Virus record (IMG/VR): IMGVR_UViG_3300017903_003108
Coordinates: 1 to 40,755 of that record
Strand: one strand, 5' to 3'
Length of the DNA: 40,755 bases
Origin: a virus
Taxonomy: Duplodnaviria > Caudoviricetes
The position numbers and the translations under genes are program-made. Numbering within the stretch: the stretch's first letter is position 1; every line of letters begins with the position of its first letter. Positions 34,953-40,755 of this stretch are shown here, piece by piece. The notes beneath the pieces were generated by a model that saw only the letters and a list, made by a program, of their open reading frames with translations, had not been told where the DNA came from and did no database searches.

Positions 34953-35342
34953 ATGAAAACCCTTATCGCCGCAGCAGCAATGACAGCAATGGCTGGCTCT
35001 GCAATGGCACTTGAACTTGGCGCTGGTATTTCACTAGGTGCTACAGTTAACACAGCATACAATGTCGATACTGACATTGGTGCAATCACAGCTGCTCCAG
35101 AATTGGCTTACAATTTCAATGGTGTAGATATTTCTGCTGGCATGACTTTCGATTTGTGGGACGCTACAAATGGTGAGTTTATCATGCCAGATATTGATGC
35201 GCTTCCACTGATTGACCTTGGTGCAGCTTACACCTTGGACATCGGCATGTGGTCAGACATTGATTTGTCAATGGCTACAACCTGGGATTTGACAGACAAC
35301 ACCTTGGGTGACGTCACTGTAATGGCATCATTCAGCTTCTAA
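34953..35342 (+). CDS. Small outer-membrane beta-barrel/porin-like protein
   Basis: Signal peptide ending AMA, alternating beta-strand pattern and C-terminal VMASFSF (BAM-type terminal Phe). Confidence 0.75.
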   Translation: MKTLIAAAAMTAMAGSAMALELGAGISLGATVNTAYNVDTDIGAITAAPELAYNFNGVDISAGMTFDLWDATNGEFIMPDIDALPLIDLGAAYTLDIGMWSDIDLSMATTWDLTDNTLGDVTVMASFSF

Positions 35343-35352
35343 TCTAAATAAT

Positions 35353-35381
35353 AAGGTGGTATGGAGTAATCCTGCCACCTT
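35353..35381. terminator. Hairpin terminator between convergent genes
   Basis: AAGGTGGTA..TGCCACCTT stem flanked by A/T-rich tracts. Confidence 0.65.
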
Positions 35382-35874
35382 ATATTTTAAATGTATCGTG
35401 GGGCTTTTGAATAGCAATATTCTGCCAACTGCCTGGTACAGTTTCATGCATACCATCAAGAAGATGAAATTGCTTATCTTCATCTAAACAACCGTTGATT
35501 ACTTCGATTGTTTTTTCCATCGTATTTCTGCGATCTTCACCTTCGATCGAGAAGAATGGAATTTTACCTCCAACATGTTCTAGAATCGGATTGATAATAT
35601 CAAGAACGTATTGGTTATTTCCTAGACCATCTTGTCTAGTATCTGGTACGACAAAATATCTGTCAAAGATTCGCGCGTAGTCACCAAAATCTCTTACACC
35701 ACAGAATGCAACTACCTTATCGCCATCAGACAGGGTAAAGAATCCAAGCCATTTATTCCAGCTTTCTTCAAACTGTTCTGGCGAATAATTGTTTGCATTT
35801 CCGTCGTCAGTCAAATAAGCCTGCGTAAACAAAAATTTTGCTGCGGCTTTATCTGTTACTTGTTTAAACTCCAT
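35380..35874 (-). CDS. GNAT-like fold hypothetical protein
   Basis: DGDKVVAFCGV..ARIFDRYFVVPDTRQDGLG resembles GNAT motif A. Confidence 0.5.
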   Translation of the reverse strand: MEFKQVTDKAAAKFLFTQAYLTDDGNANNYSPEQFEESWNKWLGFFTLSDGDKVVAFCGVRDFGDYARIFDRYFVVPDTRQDGLGNNQYVLDIINPILEHVGGKIPFFSIEGEDRRNTMEKTIEVINGCLDEDKQFHLLDGMHETVPGSWQNIAIQKPHDTFKI

Positions 35875-36619
35875 GGCTCCATGCCTTCCAAAATTGTTTA
35901 TTCTTGTAGTAGCCTCTATCCCACTCTTTCATACTATCTATATTTTTCACAGTAAAAATAAGTGCATATCGGTCTTGATTTGAATAATTAAATACTGCAT
36001 GCTCAATTTTGTGATCATCAAAATGATAGAAATGACCAGTTGCAGGCAGTTTGTAAAATCTTTCGCCGTCTTTATCTCTAAATCCGCTAAGTACATCATC
36101 ATTAGTAATAATAGGACAAATCACCCTAATATTATTATTCGATGTTTCGTCTCTATGGTATGGCATAGTGCCACCGGCCGGAAGCTTTACGATTCGCGCT
36201 CTAAAGATATCACCGCTTGGCCTAGACGATGCATCATATCCCCACATAGTCTTTAGCTTATTTAGTAGTTTTACAACCTTTGGATTATCATCAGGCAATC
36301 TAAAGTTTTCTTCGTTTGTTTCAACTGTAAAACGATCGAATCCAGTTTTCAAAAAATTATAAGTCTTAGTTTTATTCTGTTTCTTTTCAACAGACATCAA
36401 ATATCTGATGTACCGCTCACCTTCTTTACTAGGTTCGCCGGTGTAATCGCAATGCTGCAAATTATAAAACTGTACGTCGCAATCTCTTCCTTGGTAGATA
36501 TTCAAATAGCTAGCAAGATTAGAAAACGGACAGAAGAAATTGTCTTGACCTTCATTAATAATGTCAATTACTTCGTTAACATCAATTTTTAAGTGCCAAG
36601 TTCTATTATAATCCTTCAT
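35864..36619 (-). CDS. Aspartyl/asparaginyl beta-hydroxylase-like 2OG-Fe(II) oxygenase
   Basis: RARIVKL..MPYHRD, ICPIITN and EHAVFNYSNQDRYALI (HxD..H..R). Confidence 0.85.
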   Translation of the reverse strand: MKDYNRTWHLKIDVNEVIDIINEGQDNFFCPFSNLASYLNIYQGRDCDVQFYNLQHCDYTGEPSKEGERYIRYLMSVEKKQNKTKTYNFLKTGFDRFTVETNEENFRLPDDNPKVVKLLNKLKTMWGYDASSRPSGDIFRARIVKLPAGGTMPYHRDETSNNNIRVICPIITNDDVLSGFRDKDGERFYKLPATGHFYHFDDHKIEHAVFNYSNQDRYALIFTVKNIDSMKEWDRGYYKNKQFWKAWSHGV

Positions 36620-37508
36620 TGTGATGCTTTGCGTAATATTCAAAAAATGGTGCTAGTTTATAGTTGTCTGTTAAAATTCCACGACGACCACTATTTGCAT
36701 CTGGAACACCATCATCGTCGACTGTCCAGTCAGTCAATTTACAATACATCGTTCCGGCTTTAGTTTCGAACGGATATATCAAAGATCGTTTTTCTTCGTA
36801 GCCATCAACAATGTTTGTACTTTTTACGTCATGCCATTGAGACATCACATCGACCATCTCATTAAGTGTATAAGTATGAGTGTCTCTGTAATTACCCATT
36901 TTGCCAATAGACTTAAGTCTTAGCATGACAGGAAATCTTACTTTACTAAATTTTCTACCGTATTTTAATGCGCATTCGACAATGTAATCAATTAAATCAG
37001 GAATAACATGAATATTAGTTGGATCAATAATGACATTAACATGCGGTAATATATTATGCTTAAAACAATTATCCAATGCTATTGATTTTGATTTAGCATA
37101 TTTACCGTTATCAAATTCCTGATAAACGTCATCATCTAATCCACCATTCATGCTCAATCCAAGCATATTAAGTCCAGCTGCTTTTAATTGCTGGGTATAA
37201 TCCTCTTTACGAAGTCTTAAACCATTTGTTAATAACGAAGGCCGATGACCATGCAACCTAGTACCTTTGATTAAATCAATTAGGTGAGGATTCATTGTAG
37301 GTTCAGCACCGATAAATCTAATATCAGTTCTATATGGCAATTGCTTAAGAACTTCATAAAATCGATGCGGGTCTAGGTTAGGCAGATTATCGTTATTCAG
37401 CATATCACCGAGATAACAATTGGCACAGTTCATTTGACATTTATAAGTAGTCTGTATTGATAATGTTTTAAAGATATTATCAGCAGGATCTAATTCAAAA
37501 TAATGCAT
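36606..37508 (-). CDS. Radical SAM protein
   Basis: CQMNCANC (CxxxCxxC), IGAEPT and LTNG motifs; no C-terminal SPASM cysteines. Confidence 0.9.
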   Translation of the reverse strand: MHYFELDPADNIFKTLSIQTTYKCQMNCANCYLGDMLNNDNLPNLDPHRFYEVLKQLPYRTDIRFIGAEPTMNPHLIDLIKGTRLHGHRPSLLTNGLRLRKEDYTQQLKAAGLNMLGLSMNGGLDDDVYQEFDNGKYAKSKSIALDNCFKHNILPHVNVIIDPTNIHVIPDLIDYIVECALKYGRKFSKVRFPVMLRLKSIGKMGNYRDTHTYTLNEMVDVMSQWHDVKSTNIVDGYEEKRSLIYPFETKAGTMYCKLTDWTVDDDGVPDANSGRRGILTDNYKLAPFFEYYAKHHNEGL

Positions 37509-37540
37509 GTATACTGCCTCACCCCCCGGTGTACTACCAA

Positions 37541-37569
37541 ATTATATCACAAATACTTAAATTTGTAAA
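37541..37569 (-). promoter_or_regulatory. Sigma70-like promoter for the radical SAM operon
   Basis: Minus strand TTTACA-17 nt-TATAAT. Confidence 0.85.
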
Positions 37570-37572
37570 TAA

Positions 37573-38460
37573 CTATTTTTCGGTGAGTTCTTCCTCATTT
37601 TCTTTTGGATGGTATGAAGAATATTCTAGATCTGACATTTCAAAGACATCTAATTCCTCAACAGTCACCTTTTGAACTTCATCTTCAGGTTCATAATGGT
37701 ATTTTACAATATCACTAACTACCTTTTCAAAGTCTCTTAAGTAAAGCGAATTTGGTCCATCACTTGCAGCTGACTCAGGATTAGGATGTACTTCTAAAAA
37801 GAAGCTGCTGATGCCGAGCGAACTGCCAGCGCGAGCCAGGCCAGGGACCAGACTGCGATCACCCCCACTAGAGTTACCGTTAGCCCCAGGTTTTTGTACC
37901 GAATGGGTAACGTCATAGACAAAATCTTTCCCAAGGGAATCAAGCAAATGCTGCATGCCGCAGAAATCATTAACAAGTGTATTGTAGCCAAAACTTGTAC
38001 CTCTTTCCGTGATCCATAACTCTTTGGCATCATGGCATTTATGCAAAATAGGTGCAATATCCCACGGTGATAAAAACTGACCTTTCTTTACATTTACAAT
38101 AAGACCAGTCTCACATGCGGCCCGAAGTAAATCAGTTTGTCTGCACAAAAATGCAGGAATCTGAATTACATCAACCACATCCATGTAGTGAAGTTCGATC
38201 ACTTTAATGTCTTCGACCGAATGTACATCAGTCAAAATTTTCAATCCAGGGATTTGAGCCTTCATTTCCCTGAAGTACTTCATAGTCGTGTTTAAACCTA
38301 GACCGCGTTCACCGTCTAGGCTTGTACGATTAGCCTTATCATAGCTAGCCTTAAAATAATAATCAATGCCATGTTGTTTACAAACACGACTACACTCCTC
38401 TGCAATTCCAATACTCTGTACTAGAGATTCGAATTGGCAAGGTCCTGCAATTATTCTCAT
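37573..38460 (-). CDS. kdsA: KDO8P synthase (3-deoxy-8-phosphooctulonate synthase)
   Basis: IIAGPC, KASYDKANRTS, QIPAFLCRQTDLL, NVKKGQF, ERGTSFGY and DVTHSVQ motifs. Confidence 0.94.
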   Translation of the reverse strand: MRIIAGPCQFESLVQSIGIAEECSRVCKQHGIDYYFKASYDKANRTSLDGERGLGLNTTMKYFREMKAQIPGLKILTDVHSVEDIKVIELHYMDVVDVIQIPAFLCRQTDLLRAACETGLIVNVKKGQFLSPWDIAPILHKCHDAKELWITERGTSFGYNTLVNDFCGMQHLLDSLGKDFVYDVTHSVQKPGANGNSSGGDRSLVPGLARAGSSLGISSFFLEVHPNPESAASDGPNSLYLRDFEKVVSDIVKYHYEPEDEVQKVTVEELDVFEMSDLEYSSYHPKENEEELTEK

Positions 38461-38801
38461 TCAACGTATCCTACTGTTTCTCGTACAATATCGTTATGGT
38501 TAAATTCTGCCCAATATACTTCAAATGCTACGGCATCTTCTAGGCACTCAAACTGGTGATAAACTCCAGGTTTTACTTTTGTCCAATCACCAGCACGCAA
38601 TACGGTTTCATCAATCAAATCGTAATCATTTTGCCAAACACGAATAAGAAGAGAACCGCTTTCAACATAAAAACCATTCCACTTAAATTCGTGTTTATGT
38701 TTAGAACAAACTCCACCTTTGTTTGTCTCAATACGATGAAACTCTAAAGCACCATTGGCTTCTAATAGTTGAGTCTCACCCCATACTTTACCTGCGATCA
38801 T
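38457..38801 (-). CDS. Cupin-domain protein (sugar isomerase-like)
   Basis: KVWG, CSKHKH..KWNGFYVESG and PGVYHQF motifs. Confidence 0.85.
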   Translation of the reverse strand: MIAGKVWGETQLLEANGALEFHRIETNKGGVCSKHKHEFKWNGFYVESGSLLIRVWQNDYDLIDETVLRAGDWTKVKPGVYHQFECLEDAVAFEVYWAEFNHNDIVRETVGYVE

Positions 38802-39202
38802 TCTGTAGTTTCCTCATTATTTTGGTCATATTCTACATAGTAAGCTTCATAAGCAGCAATGATAGCTTGCTGCTGTTGAATAATTTGTCTTGCATTCTGA
38901 TAGTTAATAGAGATATTAGCATATCCATCATCAGTTAATGCAAAAAATGCCAGCGGTTTACCAGCTTCTTCAGTCTCGGCTATCACCTCTTCAAAGTTAT
39001 CTTGCGTGATAATATACCACACAACTTCCTTCATAGAAACAGTATCTATATCTGGTAAAACTAAAGGTGCCCGAGCAATTGGCTCGGCCGTAACTTCTAT
39101 TTCTTTAATGTCCGCAAAAGGACTCTGAAGAAAAGAACAACCACTACTCAGGAGTAGAAGGAGTGAACAACCAAGGACATTCGCTGTTAAATTGGTTCCC
39201 AT
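38798..39202 (-). CDS. o-spanin (Rz1-like lipoprotein)
   Basis: Lipobox LLSSGC; overlaps the end of the upstream coiled-coil gene; start uncertain. Confidence 0.75.
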   Translation of the reverse strand: MGTNLTANVLGCSLLLLLSSGCSFLQSPFADIKEIEVTAEPIARAPLVLPDIDTVSMKEVVWYIITQDNFEEVIAETEEAGKPLAFFALTDDGYANISINYQNARQIIQQQQAIIAAYEAYYVEYDQNNEETTE

Positions 39203-39599
39203 TCTCTGCCTCCAATTCTTTTTCGGTTAACTCTGCGCCACTCAGAATCTCAAAACACCTGTTTGCTTTATCAGTCGCTCTATTTATGATTCTGACTACT
39301 AAACCAGGCTTTTCAACTCCTAGTAGACCAATATCATGGCGTTCTAGTTTACCGATTAGATTTTGGTTCTGTTCTCTAATTGCAGCAAATTCATTATTTA
39401 CTGCTTGTAACTGTTCTGCTTGCAATGCATAATCTCTACGCATTGATTCAATCGTTGCTTCGTTTGTTGCCACAGCCTGTTCTAATTTTACTTCATTGGC
39501 TTGTGAAATGGCCAAAGCTCTTTGGAGATTTATTACATACCATCCAGCTGTACCGGCCATTGGCAACAAAATTAGCAACATAATGCCAAAAAGTCGCAT
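39144..39599 (-). CDS. i-spanin (Rz-like)
   Basis: N-terminal TM helix, coiled coil, KPGLV.RIINRAT motif and C-terminal Cys residues. Confidence 0.75.
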   Translation of the reverse strand: MRLFGIMLLILLPMAGTAGWYVINLQRALAISQANEVKLEQAVATNEATIESMRRDYALQAEQLQAVNNEFAAIREQNQNLIGKLERHDIGLLGVEKPGLVVRIINRATDKANRCFEILSGAELTEKELEAENGNQFNSECPWLFTPSTPE

Positions 39600-39616
39600 A
39601 TTACCTCGCTTTAGTG

Positions 39617-39645
39617 TTTACAAAATGTTAAACACGATGTATTAT
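39617..39645 (+). promoter_or_regulatory. Sigma70-like promoter (overlaps a minus-strand GATAAATA late-like box at 39643-39650)
   Basis: TTTACA-17 nt-TATTAT. Confidence 0.65.
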
Positions 39646-39674
39646 TTATCCATAGTTAAACAAGGAGAAACTAT

Positions 39675-39860
39675 ATGACTATGCGCAGGCATCACCCAGA
39701 AGTTCTTGGTGAATGGGGAAAATTCTACGGATTTGATTATGTTGCTAAAGCATATCATCCGCAAGAAGTTGAAAAACGGCGCCAAGAAGGTTTGAAGTAT
39801 TATCATACTCAACTTCGCAAAAAGCAAGAGAAACAAATGCAGAAAGAAAAGCGCCGATAA
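39675..39860 (+). CDS. Small basic hypothetical protein
   Basis: AAGGAG SD, own promoter and terminator. Confidence 0.75.
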   Translation: MTMRRHHPEVLGEWGKFYGFDYVAKAYHPQEVEKRRQEGLKYYHTQLRKKQEKQMQKEKRR

Positions 39861-39871
39861 GGCGCTTTTTT
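39847..39871 (+). terminator. Rho-independent terminator
   Basis: AAAAGCGCC-gataa-GGCGCTTTT plus T run. Confidence 0.85.
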
Positions 39872-39898
39872 AGTTTACATGCCTCGGTTTATTTTTTA

Positions 39899-39906
39899 TA
39901 TAAATA
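39899..39906 (+). promoter_or_regulatory. T4-type late promoter
   Basis: Exact TATAAATA about 30 nt upstream of ATG 39937. Confidence 0.8.
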
Positions 39907-39936
39907 CTGTTACCTAAGTAAACATGAGGAACAACC

Positions 39937-40341
39937 ATGCAAAAGTTTAAAACATTTTTGGAACAAAATTCACTGTTTTTTCCAGTATTTAATAAAAACG
40001 GATTTCCAGATCCCACAGAACTTACGATGAAAAGAGAAACCTGGAAACCCACATCAAAACAGATTGATATGATGGGTAAGGCATTTACAAAAAATGATGA
40101 ATCCATTAATAATTTTTATGGTTCATTTAGGTCAAACCGTGCTCAAGATCTTTTGGGTAAAAGAGATGAACTAATTAAATGGGTTGATGCTATGTCTAAC
40201 TCTGATCGGAAGAAAGTTTTAGATGCCTATAATAAGTATCGGAACCAATCAAAAAAGCTAGCTGATCATTTTGGCGTAGCAGTAGGAAGATTGGGCACAC
40301 TTAATGAATTGCCAGACGATCCATCTGATGCGTTCGCTTAA
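39937..40341 (+). CDS. Late hypothetical protein, candidate internal head protein
   Basis: GAGG SD; N-terminus MQKFKTFLE resembles the T4 capsid-targeting sequence. Confidence 0.65.
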   Translation: MQKFKTFLEQNSLFFPVFNKNGFPDPTELTMKRETWKPTSKQIDMMGKAFTKNDESINNFYGSFRSNRAQDLLGKRDELIKWVDAMSNSDRKKVLDAYNKYRNQSKKLADHFGVAVGRLGTLNELPDDPSDAFA

Positions 40342-40353
40342 TAGGAAAAAACA

Positions 40354-40755
40354 ATGGGTAAAAGCCAATATCTAGAACATCAGGGCATTCAAATTGCAAA
40401 TGCCCAAGTTATAAACACCGAGCATATCAATAAGTTTGGTTATAACTCTTCGGTTGGCTCTTCATATGAACCCATTACTGATCTTGGTACGAATAACTTA
40501 CCGTCATCTGCGGCTGTTGTTTCAGTTGTTTCGACGTCTACATCGGACACATCTGCTGGCACTGGTGCTCGTACAGTAGAAATTCAAGGTTTGGATGGTG
40601 ACTACAACCTAAAAACAGAAACTGTAACCATGAATGGTCAGTCGGCAGTAACAACTACTGCTACTTTTATTCGTGTTTTTAGAATGAAGGTTGCAACTGC
40701 TGGAACTGGCGAAACTAATGCCGGTAATATTACAGCATCTATTTCTTCTTCGGAT
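40354..40755 (+). CDS. Probable virion structural protein (truncated at window end)
   Basis: AGGA SD; NKFGYN..DTSAGTGARTVEIQGLD..ETVTMNG..FIRVFR pattern of marine phage virion proteins; open to the window end. Confidence 0.7.
   Translation, partial: MGKSQYLEHQGIQIANAQVINTEHINKFGYNSSVGSSYEPITDLGTNNLPSSAAVVSVVSTSTSDTSAGTGARTVEIQGLDGDYNLKTETVTMNGQSAVTTTATFIRVFRMKVATAGTGETNAGNITASISSSD

Noticed and set aside
1-40755. Stop-codon reassignment, CRISPR array, reverse transcriptase/DGR, integrase or transposase
   Set aside because: Core genes are full length in the standard code and end in TAA, TAG or TGA; no repeat-spacer array or such enzyme motifs were seen by eye.

Overview
This window is a segment of a T4-like (Tevenvirinae-related, marine-type) myovirus genome. 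The host is probably an alphaproteobacterium, possibly Rhodobacteraceae, inferred from a permuted tmRNA, a ROSE element, a DUF1127 gene and a BMP binding protein. The + strand (1-28.7 kb) holds the end of the major capsid gene gp23, then gp3, uvsY, uvsW, gp55, gp47/46, gp45/44/62, regA, hsp20, DNA polymerase gp43, uvsX, gp41 and thyX. Between gp43 and uvsX lies a DNA-modification island: an AEP-type primase, MazG-like pyrophosphatases, a clear T4 gp42-type dCMP hydroxymethylase, dCMP deaminase, an SGNH-like protein, a fold-II PLP enzyme, an aGPT-Pplase/5hmU-kinase-helical-like protein and a UDP-glucose dehydrogenase-like gene. It suggests an uncharacterised, non-glucosyl hypermodification of cytosine. 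The right arm is mostly - strand and accessory. It carries metabolic genes (BMP solute-binding protein, class I FBP aldolase, KdsA), a late-promoter operon of exported proteins resembling a pilin/chaperone module, a lysozyme-like protein, a radical SAM/2OG-hydroxylase/GNAT-like trio and spanins. It also carries a complete two-piece (circularly permuted) alphaproteobacterial-type tmRNA with tag ANDNFAPEVRLAA. All calls rest on motif recognition by eye; no database searches were run.
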